A stretch of DNA of 64,000 nt from a bacterium (GTDB lineage Bacteria > UBA8248). Positions within the stretch are counted from its first letter, which is position 1; every line of letters begins with the position of its first letter. The stretch covers positions 448,001-512,000 of the forward strand of contig CBDATS010000005.1 in assembly GCA_965200245.1 (NCBI GenBank), in the 5' to 3' direction. Position numbers and translations under genes: made by a program. Under the pieces are notes generated by a model. It did not search any database and was not told the DNA's origin. It saw only the letters and a program-made list of their open reading frames with translations. This document shows, in pieces, positions 51,568 to 62,286 of this stretch.

Positions 51568-53250
51568 ATGGCCATCGCATCGGATGTAGAAATCGCTCAA
51601 TCCGCGGAACTTAAACCCATCACGGAGGTCGCCGCAGGCTTGGGCCTTGCACCCGAGGAGATCGAACTCTATGGCGCGCATAAGGCCAAGATTGGCCTGG
51701 ACGCGCTTGAACGCCGCAAGGACGAGTCGGACGGCAAACTCATCCTCGTCACCGCGATGACACCCACTCCGCTCGGTGAAGGCAAGACACTCACTACGGT
51801 GGGCCTGGGCCAATCACTCGCGCGGTTGGGGAAGAAAAGCATCATCTGCGTGCGCGAGCCCTCGCTCGGCCCCGTGTTCGGCATCAAGGGCGGTGCTGCG
51901 GGTGGCGGCATGTCCCAGGTATTGCCGATGGAGGACATCAACCTGCACTTTACGGGCGACATCCACGCGGTCACCTCCGCGCACAACCTGCTCTCCGCCC
52001 TGCTGGATGCGCACATATTCCACGGAAACGAACTTAATCTGGACGTAAACCGCGTCACCTGGAAGCGCGTGCTGGACATGAATGACCGCGCGCTGCGCCA
52101 CATCCTCGTGGGCCTGGGTGGCAGGACGCAAGGCGTGCCGAGAGAAGAAGGCTTCATGATCACGGCAGCGTCCGAAATCATGGCCGTGCTGTGCCTCGCG
52201 AGCGACCCTCAGGATATGAAAGAGCGCATCGCGCGCATCGTGGTCGGCTTCACGAGAAAGGGCAAGCCCATCACCGCGGGCGATCTGAACGCCACGGGCG
52301 CAATGGCCCTGCTCCTGAAAGATGCCATCAAGCCGAACCTCGTGCAGACGCTGGAAGGCTCTCCCGCCCTCGTTCACGGGGGGCCTTTCGGCAACATCGC
52401 ACACGGCACGAACTCGATCATAGCGGACAAGCTCGCGCTAAAACTCGCAGATGTGATGGTCGTGGAGGCAGGTTTCGGTTCGGATCTGGGCGCCGAGAAA
52501 TTCTTCGACATCACCGCGCGCACCGGGGACCTCAACGTGGACGCGGTAGTGCTCGTTGCCACCGTCCGCGCACTCAAGCTTCACGGGGGTGTTCCTTTCG
52601 ATGTAAATGCGCTTGCGGAAGAAAACACGGATGCCCTGACGCGCGGCTTCGCCAACCTTCGCACCCATATCGAGAACATGCAGAAATTCGGTGCACCCGT
52701 GGTGGTGGCCTTGAACCGTTTCGCTTCGGATACGGATGCGGAAATCACGCGCGTAAAGGAGTTGGCCAAAGAAGTGGGCGCACAGTGTCATCCGCATGAG
52801 CTTCACGCGAGGGGCGGTGAGGGAGGACTCGAACTCGCTGAGGCGGCCTATAGCCTGGCGGAAGCGAACAATGCGCCCTATACGCCGCTATATTCGCTGG
52901 ACATGTCGCTTGCGGAGAAGATAGAGACCATCGCGAAGCGCATCTACCGCGCTGACGCTGCGCGTTTTGAGCCAGGCGCGGCGCGTAGCCTGAGAACCTT
53001 GACGAGACTGGGCTACGGCGAGCTTCCCGTCTGCGTCGCGAAAACCCAAGCCTCTCTATCCGACGACCCAAGCAAGCTCGGCGCGCCAGAGGGCTTTACC
53101 ATGAGCGTGCGCGAGGCGTACGTATCCGCAGGAGCGGGGTTCGTCGTCGCCATCGCGGGGAATATCATGCAGATGCCTGGCCTCGCCAAGACGCCCGCCT
53201 CGGCGGGAATGGACATCACCGCCGACGGAAAAATCACAGGGTTGTTCTAG
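51568..53250 (+). CDS. fhs: Formate--tetrahydrofolate ligase
   Basis: TPLGEGKT, GIKGGAAGGG, HGGPFGNIAHG, AKTQ, MPGL. Confidence 0.98.
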   Translation: MAIASDVEIAQSAELKPITEVAAGLGLAPEEIELYGAHKAKIGLDALERRKDESDGKLILVTAMTPTPLGEGKTLTTVGLGQSLARLGKKSIICVREPSLGPVFGIKGGAAGGGMSQVLPMEDINLHFTGDIHAVTSAHNLLSALLDAHIFHGNELNLDVNRVTWKRVLDMNDRALRHILVGLGGRTQGVPREEGFMITAASEIMAVLCLASDPQDMKERIARIVVGFTRKGKPITAGDLNATGAMALLLKDAIKPNLVQTLEGSPALVHGGPFGNIAHGTNSIIADKLALKLADVMVVEAGFGSDLGAEKFFDITARTGDLNVDAVVLVATVRALKLHGGVPFDVNALAEENTDALTRGFANLRTHIENMQKFGAPVVVALNRFASDTDAEITRVKELAKEVGAQCHPHELHARGGEGGLELAEAAYSLAEANNAPYTPLYSLDMSLAEKIETIAKRIYRADAARFEPGAARSLRTLTRLGYGELPVCVAKTQASLSDDPSKLGAPEGFTMSVREAYVSAGAGFVVAIAGNIMQMPGLAKTPASAGMDITADGKITGLF

Positions 53251-53603
53251 CGCGCGACGCCCGCCCATGACTTAATCCGATCCAGGGCTGATTTTCAATC
53301 ATGCAATCCCGTGGTTCGTCAAGTTGACTGGGAATGCCGCCTATCTTCCCTGATGTTCCCAAGGCAAACAAAGCCTGCGATCACTATCAACGGCGGGCAG
53401 CCATGAATATGGAAATGACTTGCAAGTGAAGTCCAATGCCCATTTGACCGCCCCACTCAAAGTCCTTCCGTAAAAGGTCTTTGTTCCCATCTCATTGGCA
53501 AACTTCGGCCTTGGCAACGGCACGGAACCCTACTCCCGACCCGGCTCACCCTGTTTGCTTTGGAGCATGTCGACAGCTTGGGTGGCACAAAGGACTCGGG
53601 CAG

Positions 53604-54998
53604 TTAGACCGTCTGCCCTGCCGCCTGCTCCCTTGTGCCAGCCCCACCCAAAAGCTCCATCAGGGATTCGATTCCTGGCTGGGTTTCGAGTGATTCGAGA
53701 CGTGCGAGTACGTCTTCATATTCCTCGGTTTTCAGGGTGGTCTTCGCGCAATCACGGAACTTGGACCTTATTTTTTCATCCTCCATAGGCCATACCGCGC
53801 AGCCGCGCGAGATGTCCGTTCTTTTCTTGAGTACGCGCCCGTCGTTCAGGCAAACACGCACCTCACTCGGTCTGCGCATACCGGGCTGCCAGCCCATGTC
53901 GTCCACCGTGACGCGGACTTTCTGCATCCATTCCTGAAGCAGGGGTTCGCGCACCGCCTCGTCCGTGAAGGTTTCGAGGCGCAGGTCCTTGTCCAGCAGC
54001 ATGCGTGCGAGGCAGTACTCAATGGAGAACTTGCCTTCAAGACCCGTCTGGGGCGCGTGGTAGCGGAGCACCTGCGCGGAGATTTCGAGCAGGGAAACCT
54101 CGATATACGCTACGTCCGCAGCCGCGAGACCGGATTCCTCCACGAGGTCGTAGAGTGCATCCACCGCCGGGTGCGTCGAGAGGCAGCACGGGTAGGGCTT
54201 CATATTCATGCCGGGATCGGCGAGCGAATATGGTCGCCCGAGGCTTTGGGCGATCTCGTCAGCATCTGGTGAACCGCCACCCGCGTATACTTGCAGGAAT
54301 CCGCGCGGCGCCTCCAGTATCGCCGTGTTCGCCGTGAGGCCCGCCGCCGCAAGTTCCGCCGCGCGAAGGCCCGCCTCAGGCGCGAGGCCCGCATGCAGGG
54401 GCTTCGTCATGGTGCCGAAGTTAGCGTGAACACCCGAGGCATGAGACGCCGCGATACCGAGCGCATGACGAGTGGTCTCCACATCGAATCCGCGCAGGTG
54501 GGCTGCAGCGCCCGCCGCGCCCATAGTCCCGAGCGTACAGGTGGAATGCCAGCCCGCGCCGTAGTGTTCGGGATTCATGCCCCGGCCCAGTTTGGTCGAA
54601 ATCTCATAGCCGATAACGAAGGCCTCCATTACCTCGCGGCCCGACGCCCCCTGCTTCTCTCCCTGGGCCAGGACGGCTGGCAGGACGACCACACTCGGGT
54701 GACCACTCAGCAGATAGCTCGAATCATCGAAATCGAGCGCGTGGCCTATCGCTCCGTTGACGAGGGCAGCCATCGGTGCTGCGGTGCGCGCACCTGTACC
54801 GATGATGCTCGCCTCCGGTGCTCCGCCCATCCTCTGTGCGAAATCGGCCACGATCCGCCCCACGGGCTCCCCTACGCCGGCGAGCGTCACGCCCACGGTG
54901 TCTATCATCGCCTTCTTCGCGCGCTCTATCACCAGTTCGGAGAAATCCGCCCACTTCGTCTCGACGATGAATTCCGCCATCCGTTCGGTAACACTCAT
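53604..54998 (-). CDS. MmgE/PrpD family protein
   Basis: HALDFDD, GHPS, GTMTKPLHAG, KPYPCC. Confidence 0.92.
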   Translation of the reverse strand: MSVTERMAEFIVETKWADFSELVIERAKKAMIDTVGVTLAGVGEPVGRIVADFAQRMGGAPEASIIGTGARTAAPMAALVNGAIGHALDFDDSSYLLSGHPSVVVLPAVLAQGEKQGASGREVMEAFVIGYEISTKLGRGMNPEHYGAGWHSTCTLGTMGAAGAAAHLRGFDVETTRHALGIAASHASGVHANFGTMTKPLHAGLAPEAGLRAAELAAAGLTANTAILEAPRGFLQVYAGGGSPDADEIAQSLGRPYSLADPGMNMKPYPCCLSTHPAVDALYDLVEESGLAAADVAYIEVSLLEISAQVLRYHAPQTGLEGKFSIEYCLARMLLDKDLRLETFTDEAVREPLLQEWMQKVRVTVDDMGWQPGMRRPSEVRVCLNDGRVLKKRTDISRGCAVWPMEDEKIRSKFRDCAKTTLKTEEYEDVLARLESLETQPGIESLMELLGGAGTREQAAGQTV

Positions 54999-55739
54999 CC
55001 TGCGCCTCCTCGCTCGGGAACTCTGGGCTCCGCTCGATTGTTCATGAAATCGCTCTTCTTCAATCAGGCACATCTCTCGGGGGGTGTAGCAGTACCCGGT
55101 CGCTTGTACACCATTGGAGGTCTTGCGGAAAAGGAACGGTGGTGAAAAGGTATGGATTTACCGATAAACCCCGTTCCTGATCTCGCTGTCTCCGCTTTCT
55201 GGCGACATGCGCACAGCTGTCAGCAACAACCTGATGTCGAATGACGGCAATTCTCGAGAATTCCGATCCCCGGTCGTTTTCTGATTCCTCTCTGGGCCAA
55301 TGATTTCGCCTGCAAATTCTCGAAAACACCTCTTCGCTACACCCCGCAAGAGCCGGTCTTTTCGAGCCTTCTTTCGAAACTGCCATATCCGGTTTCAAGG
55401 CATCCACATTCCCGTAAAACGCTTCCTGCAATACCGAGAACCCGGAAAATCTCCGGCTTTTTCGTATATTCCTGCTGGAATTAACCAGAAATGATATCAT
55501 ATATCACATACTCAGCCGATGACGCGGTGCGGCGCCTGAACGATGGTTTCCTGTCCCCGCAGGTTTCAGATCGCGTGGCCAAGACAGCTTCCACGTTGTT
55601 GCGCCTCACCCTGAGCGGAACAAGCCTCTCCCGGCACCGGCGCGCTCACCGGAAATGCCAGGATATTCATTTACACCATTCATTTTTGAGGATACTCGGC
55701 CAGAACCGGGTGACCTCGTCATCAGCAAAGGAGCACGTC

Positions 55740-56915
55740 ATGCCAGAAGCACCCGCCAACACTCGATGGTTCACCTATTTCCCCGAAGATTACCGGTGGT
55801 CGTCAGGCGTCGTGAATTGCCTCTCCGTAGCCCCCTGGGGCGGGGCCGAAATCGGTGAGGTCGATCAGGTGGGCAGACGACTCAGGAAAGATGTCGGCAA
55901 CGATGCGCTCTGGTTCCGTGAGTGGGTACGCATGGCGAACAAGGTGCTCGCGCTCGCCCTGACGGAAGAAGACAACAACCACCGCCTGAGTGCCGCCTAC
56001 CACCACAAGCGCGCAGCGATGTACTACCAGATAGCCGAGCGCTTCAGAACGCCCAAGGACAAGCGTGCGAAAGAGGCCTACAGGCTGGCACTCGACAGCT
56101 TCCTGCGCTTCACGAAACTTACCGACGCACCCGAAATTGAGCGCGTGGAAGTACCCTTCGAAAACGGAGTAAATCTGCCGGGATATTTCGTGCACGCGCA
56201 GAACACGAACAAGGCCAAACCGCCTGTCATCGTCTATTTCGATGGTCTCGACATTACAAAGGAGATCCAGTACCTGAGAGGCGTGGAGGAATTCGTGCGG
56301 CGTGGAATGAGTTGCCTCGTTATGGACGGGCCGGGAACCGGCGAGGCCATCCGATTCCGGGAACTATACCTCCGCCACGACTATGAGGTCGCAGGCTCCG
56401 CCGCACTCGATTATCTCGAGACGCGTGGGGACGTGAACGCGAGAAAAGCCGCCGTAATCGGAATCAGCCTGGGCGGGTACTACGCACCGCGCATCGCCAG
56501 CATGGAGAAACGCTACAAGGCGTGCGTCGCCTGGGGGGCGTGCTGGGATTATCATGCGACGTGGAAAAAGCGCGTCGCTGCCTCGATGCAGACGGAACTG
56601 TCGGTGCCCGGCCATCATATCCTGTGGATTTTCAACACGACGAATTTTGAGGACACTTTCAGGAAGCTGGAAGATTTTCGCCTCGACGGCGTGGTGCAGA
56701 AGATGCGATGTCCGTTCCTGCTCACCCACGGAATCGACGACAAGCAGGTACCCACGCGGGACGCGAGAAAACTCTTCAATGCCGTGGGTTCGAAGGAAAA
56801 GACGCTCAAGATATTCACCGTCAAGGAGGGCGGATCCCAACATTGCCAGCGCGACAATCTCTCGCTCGGCGTTACATACATCGCAGACTGGTTGATGGAG
56901 AGGCTCAGACCGTGA
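55740..56915 (+). CDS. Alpha/beta hydrolase (2,6-dihydroxypseudooxynicotine hydrolase-like)
   Basis: GLDITKE, DGPGTGE, GISLGGYYAPR, GGSQHCQ. Confidence 0.88.
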   Translation: MPEAPANTRWFTYFPEDYRWSSGVVNCLSVAPWGGAEIGEVDQVGRRLRKDVGNDALWFREWVRMANKVLALALTEEDNNHRLSAAYHHKRAAMYYQIAERFRTPKDKRAKEAYRLALDSFLRFTKLTDAPEIERVEVPFENGVNLPGYFVHAQNTNKAKPPVIVYFDGLDITKEIQYLRGVEEFVRRGMSCLVMDGPGTGEAIRFRELYLRHDYEVAGSAALDYLETRGDVNARKAAVIGISLGGYYAPRIASMEKRYKACVAWGACWDYHATWKKRVAASMQTELSVPGHHILWIFNTTNFEDTFRKLEDFRLDGVVQKMRCPFLLTHGIDDKQVPTRDARKLFNAVGSKEKTLKIFTVKEGGSQHCQRDNLSLGVTYIADWLMERLRP

Positions 56916-56986
56916 GAATTGGTTTCGACCAATGCGGGATGGATTATCGCTGATCGCAGGGACAGGTCAAGACTTTTCCTGCAGGC

Positions 56987-57610
56987 TTACGCACCCTCCA
57001 GCCAAGCTTCCGCATCGGCGCGGACGGCAGCCTCTTCCACACTGTGCTGCAAGACGATGTCCCTGGCGGGCGGGTGGCCGATTTTCGCGTTTCGCCAGCA
57101 ATGGTAGCGAATGGCCGGGGGATAGCCTGTGAGGTCGATGGAGGCGAAAAACGAAGCAGGAACTTCGTCCGGTTTGTATGGATCCATTCGATCTTTTTCG
57201 TAGATGTTGGTCCGCTTCCAGATGCGCCATGCATCTTCCCGTTTTTCGAGCAGGGCCAGAACGCGGCTCCAGGTTGTGAAATCGAGTTCCACTCCGTCGA
57301 TGATTCTTCTCTGGTAGAGGATCAGGTCGTGCTCGGCCACTGCGCGCGGACCACCAAGGCGAACCCAGGGGTTCGTCACGGTGTGCTTCTGGCGCTCGCC
57401 GGGGTGGCGGGCGATCTTCATCTTCTTCGCTGCTTCGACGAATTCATCCCGCGTGCCGCTGAACCACGAAGTGGTAAGCGTGGCGTCTGCGTGATAGCAA
57501 TCGCGCCATTCCTCCCAGAGGCCAGCGTCGCGGGCGTAGTTCACTACCGAGAGAACATCCTTTATCTCGTTCCTCTCGACGCTTTCCTGAATTCTTCCCC
57601 CTGTTTCCAT
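56987..57610 (-). CDS. SnoaL/NTF2-like protein
   Basis: ARDAGLW...CYHADATL..SWFSG, WRI..R..IYEKDR.DP. Confidence 0.8.
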   Translation of the reverse strand: METGGRIQESVERNEIKDVLSVVNYARDAGLWEEWRDCYHADATLTTSWFSGTRDEFVEAAKKMKIARHPGERQKHTVTNPWVRLGGPRAVAEHDLILYQRRIIDGVELDFTTWSRVLALLEKREDAWRIWKRTNIYEKDRMDPYKPDEVPASFFASIDLTGYPPAIRYHCWRNAKIGHPPARDIVLQHSVEEAAVRADAEAWLEGA

Positions 57611-57619
57611 AGTACTTCC

Positions 57620-58036
57620 TCACACGAACTCGTGCACTTCGGCGAACATGCCTTTCACGATGCCCCCGCTCAGGTGGCCAACGAGCACTTCTCCGGGCTG
57701 ATAGGGGCCGCCGCTGAGCGCCAGGTGGAGGTGAATATAGGGTCGGGGTTCTTCCCACGTCTCATCACCTCGGACGGCAGGTGGCTTCTCGGGCCAAGAG
57801 ATGTTACCCACGGCGATGAGTTCGCGCCAGTCATGAAAATAGCGACGTGCCGAAGGGCCGATTACTTCCCGGAATCCCGTACGAATATCCGATTCCTTGA
57901 GCGCACCAAACACGATAAGCGAGGCACTGCGTATGTTCTTCTCTATCACGAAGCGTTCAAACTCCCCAGAAAAATCGTCGTCCTCTTCGAATTCCAGGTG
58001 AAAGACGCGGCCCAGCTTCTTTTCTTCCGCTCGCAT
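57620..58036 (-). CDS. PPC/DUF296 domain protein
   Basis: GRVF.L, GNIS, HLHLAL, VGHL. Confidence 0.8.
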   Translation of the reverse strand: MRAEEKKLGRVFHLEFEEDDDFSGEFERFVIEKNIRSASLIVFGALKESDIRTGFREVIGPSARRYFHDWRELIAVGNISWPEKPPAVRGDETWEEPRPYIHLHLALSGGPYQPGEVLVGHLSGGIVKGMFAEVHEFV

Positions 58037-58038
58037 AC

Positions 58039-58902
58039 TTAACCCTCCTTCACTTCCGCGTAGAGGTTCTCGATCCCCCGGCGGAAAGTCCGCCTTCTGT
58101 GCGCGATCCACGACTCACCACGCCCCGTGTCGGACCAGAAGAATTTCCCGAACGAATCGGCGGTGACGGCTTCTTCCCGAGTCATTCCCTTTCTCACCAA
58201 TCCTTTCATTATTCCCCACATCTCCTCGAGTTCGTTCCTGAATCGCCGCACCTCTCGGGTTCCACATATCTCGCCGTGGCCGGGGACGACATGCGCTACA
58301 GGCAGGCCCTCAATCCAGGCGAGCGCATCGATCCATTCCCGAAAACGCGCCTCGCGCATACCGGGGCCCGGTTCGTTGATCATCACGTCGCCCGTGAAGA
58401 TCACGCCTTCCTCGGGCACATACACCGAACTGCAGGCGGGCGTGTGGCCGCCCAGACGGTACACCTGAAACGTCAGTGGATAGAGATGGAGCGTAACCCC
58501 CTCATCGAAGCACACCTGCGGGAGGGGAAGTACGGCCTCCGCAATCTCTTTCGCTTCCCCATGCGCGCCGATTTCATTCAGAGTGTCGATGAAGGTATCG
58601 CGCCCGGCGAGAGAGCCTTCCCTTGCGGCGAGCGCATCGAACACGCGCCGGGGCGCGATGGAGATAACCCTGGCATCCTCGATGAACGCGGCACCGATGG
58701 TGTGGTCGCCGTGATAATCGGTCGAGATACTATAACGGATGCCCTTGGGGCTAAGCACCCTCATTTGCTCTTGCCAGCGGCGGGAATCCCGAGGCCGCAC
58801 GGGACAGTCGATGAGCACAACACCTGCCTCGGTAACGCCTGCGCCCACGTTCGCCCAGAGATATCCGGTCTCCGCCACCAGGTGTTCGCTCAGGTGACGC
58901 AT
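58039..58902 (-). CDS. MBL-fold metallo-hydrolase
   Basis: TDYHGDH, GHT, FTGD, VPGHG. Confidence 0.88.
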   Translation of the reverse strand: MRHLSEHLVAETGYLWANVGAGVTEAGVVLIDCPVRPRDSRRWQEQMRVLSPKGIRYSISTDYHGDHTIGAAFIEDARVISIAPRRVFDALAAREGSLAGRDTFIDTLNEIGAHGEAKEIAEAVLPLPQVCFDEGVTLHLYPLTFQVYRLGGHTPACSSVYVPEEGVIFTGDVMINEPGPGMREARFREWIDALAWIEGLPVAHVVPGHGEICGTREVRRFRNELEEMWGIMKGLVRKGMTREEAVTADSFGKFFWSDTGRGESWIAHRRRTFRRGIENLYAEVKEG

Positions 58903-58978
58903 TTCCCATTCCGCCCATGCGAGAAACGCTGTGGCGGGGGCGCAATCCACGCCCCTGCCATGATTGAAGCTCCGGTTC

Positions 58979-59968
58979 CTAGCTTCTGATCTTCACTCCT
59001 GCGTTCTTGTAGATATCCTTATTGCTCTCATATTCCTGCTTTAACTGCTTCATGAGTTCCACCCCGACGACCGGTTCAGGCTTGACACCCATCTTCTTGA
59101 GCAGGCGCTTGAAGGTCTTGTCCTTTGCCATTTTGAGCAGGGCTTTCGTCAGGATGTCGATGCGATCCCTGGGCGTTCCCGCGGGCGCCATGACGATGCG
59201 CTTCGAAGACAATAGAAGGTCTACTCCCTGCTCCCTGAAGGTCGGTACGTCCGGGAACAACGGGAAGCGTTTGGCGGCGGCGACACCCAGAATGCGGATT
59301 TTACCGGACTTGTAGTTCGAGAGAACACCGCCCGTCGCCGGGTTGGCACCTGCCGTGTGGACATGCCCTCCAAGCATGGCGAGCATGGCCGGGCCGCCCC
59401 CTCGGTAGGGAACGTGGGGCAGCGGTGCCTTCGTGTCATAGGCGAGCTTGAGCATCATGGTGTGGCTCAAGCCGTATGTCCCCGTCGAGCCGTGCTTGAT
59501 CTTGCCTTTGCTCTTTTTCGCCGCAGCGATGTATTCCTTGAAATTCTTCCACGGTCTGTTCCCCAGCGTCACCAGCAAATAGGGGAGTTCGTTGATCTGG
59601 AACACGGGGATAAAATCCTTGAAAGGGTCGAAACCCATGTCCTTCACATGGGGCGACATGTAGAGATGGCTGTTCGCGCCCATCGCGAGCGTGTAGCCGT
59701 CGGGCTTGGCGCGCTTGAGCGCCCCCATCCCTATCTTGCCACTGCCACCCGGCATGAGTTGCACGAATGCGGGCTGGCCAATGTACTGGTGCAGGACACT
59801 GGCCACGGCGCGCGCATGGAGGTCATGCGAACCGCCCGCCCCCAGAGGCACGATGATCTTGATGGGTTTTGAGGGATACTTCTCCGCCGCATCAGACAGG
59901 GCGGCGAAAGCGAAGAGCCCGAGGGCCAGAACTGCCGCCAGGGCGATCTGCCATGTTTTGCGCATCAT
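58979..59968 (-). CDS. tctC: Tripartite tricarboxylate transporter substrate-binding protein (TctC/Bug)
   Basis: YPSKPI.IIVP..AGGSHD, KPDGYT, VPYRGGG, PDVPT. Confidence 0.92.
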   Translation of the reverse strand: MMRKTWQIALAAVLALGLFAFAALSDAAEKYPSKPIKIIVPLGAGGSHDLHARAVASVLHQYIGQPAFVQLMPGGSGKIGMGALKRAKPDGYTLAMGANSHLYMSPHVKDMGFDPFKDFIPVFQINELPYLLVTLGNRPWKNFKEYIAAAKKSKGKIKHGSTGTYGLSHTMMLKLAYDTKAPLPHVPYRGGGPAMLAMLGGHVHTAGANPATGGVLSNYKSGKIRILGVAAAKRFPLFPDVPTFREQGVDLLLSSKRIVMAPAGTPRDRIDILTKALLKMAKDKTFKRLLKKMGVKPEPVVGVELMKQLKQEYESNKDIYKNAGVKIRS

Positions 59969-61503
59969 TTTGGTTCCTCCTTTGAATTGGGTGAATCGAC
60001 TGCCGTTTGCGGCCTCAAGGTCGCGGCCCACGGTCGCCTCCAGATGCTCAACGCCAACATCAATATGGTCATGCCGATGAAAAATGCTGCGATAGGACGG
60101 GTGAAGAAAATGGAATAATCGCCGTCAGAAATGATGAGCGCCTGCTGAAGCGCTTCTTCCGCCCGGGGCGCCAGGATGAACGCGATGACGAGCGGAGCCA
60201 GCGGGAATTTCAGTTTTCTCAACCCGTACCCGAACAGTCCTGCGACGAGCGCCAAGATAAGGTCGCCCAGATTACTGTGATAGACGTACGCTCCTACCAG
60301 ACAGGAAACGATAATGCCCGGTACCAGTATCGACTGCCGGATGGTGACTATCTTGGCGAACATGCCCGTGAGCAGCCAGCCCTGAATCAGCATGATGGGG
60401 TTCCCAATCAGCAACAGGGTGAAGATGGCGTACATGACAGGGGCGTGTTCCTGGAAAAGGCTCGGCCCGGGCCTGAGTCCCTGGGCAATGAACGCGCCCA
60501 TGAGAATCGCCGCGCTCGGGTCGCCCGGAATGCCGAACGTGAGGGTAGGTATCAGGTCCGCGCCCGCCACCGCGCTGTTGGCGGCCTCGGAGGCCGCAAC
60601 GCCCTCGTAGCTGCCATGTCCGTATTCTTCCGGTTTCTTCGACGCGCGCTTCGCCGCCGCGTAGCTCACGAAGGTGGCGATGGCCGCTCCCGTTCCCGGA
60701 ATCGCGCCGACGAAGGTGCCTATCATGGATGAACGCAGGATGGTGCGTGCCGAGTGCCAGACTTCGACGATTCTGAGTTTCCTGCCGCCCTTCAGGTGCA
60801 GGGTATCTGGCGGGCTCGCGAGGACGGAGGCCTTTTTTTCCGCCTGAATGAATACCTCGCTCACGGCGAAAAGCCCGATGAGCAGGGGAACCACCCCCAC
60901 CCCATCCGCCAGGCCGGGAAGACCAAACGTGAAACGCTCCCCGCCCGAAACAATGTCCGTGCCCACCATCCCGAGCTGGATCCCGATGAGGGCCGACAGC
61001 ACACCTTTCACCACGGAGGCGCCCGTCACGCTCGAGATGATGGCCAAACCCATGAGCAGAAGCCCGAAAAACTCTGCCGGCCCGAACAGGAGAGCCACCG
61101 CAGCCAGAGGAAGCGCCGCCAATATGAGAACGAGATCGCTGAACGTGTCGCCGATGGTCGAGGAATAAAGAGCCATCTGGATCGCGCTTCTCGCTTCTCC
61201 CTTTTGCGCGAGTGGAAACCCGTCCATACACGTCGCCGCGGCAGGCGCGGTTCCCGGCGTGTTCACCAGAATGGCAGGGATGGAACCGCCGAAGAGGGTT
61301 CCCTTATGAATCCCCAGCAGAAACGGGATACCCAGTACGGGCGGCATGAAAAAGGAAAAGGGAACCAGAATCGCAGTCGCCATCACGCTGGTGAGTCCCG
61401 GAATGGCACCGACCGTGATACCCACAAAGACGCCCACTGCAATCATGGCCAGACCCTGCCACGTGAGCGCCATTGCAACTCCCTGGAGTATCTGCTCGAA
61501 CAT
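59965..61503 (-). CDS. tctA: Tripartite tricarboxylate transporter permease TctA
   Basis: GAIPGL, GGSIPAIL.NTPG, EAANSA, LTFGIPG, GLRPGP. Confidence 0.94.
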   Translation of the reverse strand: MFEQILQGVAMALTWQGLAMIAVGVFVGITVGAIPGLTSVMATAILVPFSFFMPPVLGIPFLLGIHKGTLFGGSIPAILVNTPGTAPAAATCMDGFPLAQKGEARSAIQMALYSSTIGDTFSDLVLILAALPLAAVALLFGPAEFFGLLLMGLAIISSVTGASVVKGVLSALIGIQLGMVGTDIVSGGERFTFGLPGLADGVGVVPLLIGLFAVSEVFIQAEKKASVLASPPDTLHLKGGRKLRIVEVWHSARTILRSSMIGTFVGAIPGTGAAIATFVSYAAAKRASKKPEEYGHGSYEGVAASEAANSAVAGADLIPTLTFGIPGDPSAAILMGAFIAQGLRPGPSLFQEHAPVMYAIFTLLLIGNPIMLIQGWLLTGMFAKIVTIRQSILVPGIIVSCLVGAYVYHSNLGDLILALVAGLFGYGLRKLKFPLAPLVIAFILAPRAEEALQQALIISDGDYSIFFTRPIAAFFIGMTILMLALSIWRRPWAATLRPQTAVDSPNSKEEPK

Positions 61504-61511
61504 ACGCGGCC

Positions 61512-61988
61512 CTAACTGAACAAGCTGCCTTGAGGCAGCGCCAGCTTGAAGGCGAACCAGAAAAAATAGTTCACGAAGATGGGAAACAGGATGGACATCG
61601 AGGCGACGTAGCGCCAATCACGCGTGCCCATCATCATGATCAGGATCGCGAGAAAAACAGGAGTGCTAACCAGAAAACCGAAGTATGCCAGAGACTCGAC
61701 GTAGACATAGCAAAGAGCGAAAACGACGCAGACTTGCAGGAGTGCCTTTTTGCTCGTAATTGTTTGCCCACCCGCTTCACTACGCCTGAGAGCCCCGAAA
61801 AGGAACATCGCGCTCACCAATGCAAAGGTGGCAATGGTGGAATTGGGGAAGAAGGTAGGCAAAAAGACGGCGTTCGAAACTTCTTCCGGTGGGATGGAGT
61901 ATTGAATCTGCGTGGGAATAATGTAGAAAAAACCGACGGCACTGAAGACCAGAAAAACCACTGCTGTGTAGATATCGGCTTTCCGCAC
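61512..61988 (-). CDS. tctB: Tripartite tricarboxylate transporter TctB
   Basis: Four TM segments, P.FFP, GFLVST, LPQG; upstream of tctA. Confidence 0.85.
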   Translation of the reverse strand: MRKADIYTAVVFLVFSAVGFFYIIPTQIQYSIPPEEVSNAVFLPTFFPNSTIATFALVSAMFLFGALRRSEAGGQTITSKKALLQVCVVFALCYVYVESLAYFGFLVSTPVFLAILIMMMGTRDWRYVASMSILFPIFVNYFFWFAFKLALPQGSLFS

Positions 61989-62286
61989 GTCCGGCCCTCT
62001 TGAAGGATGTGGAATTCGTACCGCCCTCACGAAATGCCGCAGGAGAGAAAACCAGATTCCGGGACCCTTCAACCGCCTCACATCTTTTCTATAAATCCTA
62101 TGAATAAACAAAAACTAGCAGGAATCGCCGCTCATGTCATCCCGGAGGGCACGCCTGGCGACTTCTGTTTGAACAGGAGTTTTCGAGAAGAAATCCTGCG
62201 CCCGCGTGAAAGATTGCGCCCGTTCTGGGAAGATGAATAATTCATGAGAAAAATACCGGAACTCGCATTCGATGAGGAATGATTCC

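Noticed and set aside
53341-53523. 60-aa ORF in a lower-GC patch after fhs
   Set aside because: No recognisable family or clear RBS; possibly a fragment but unsupported
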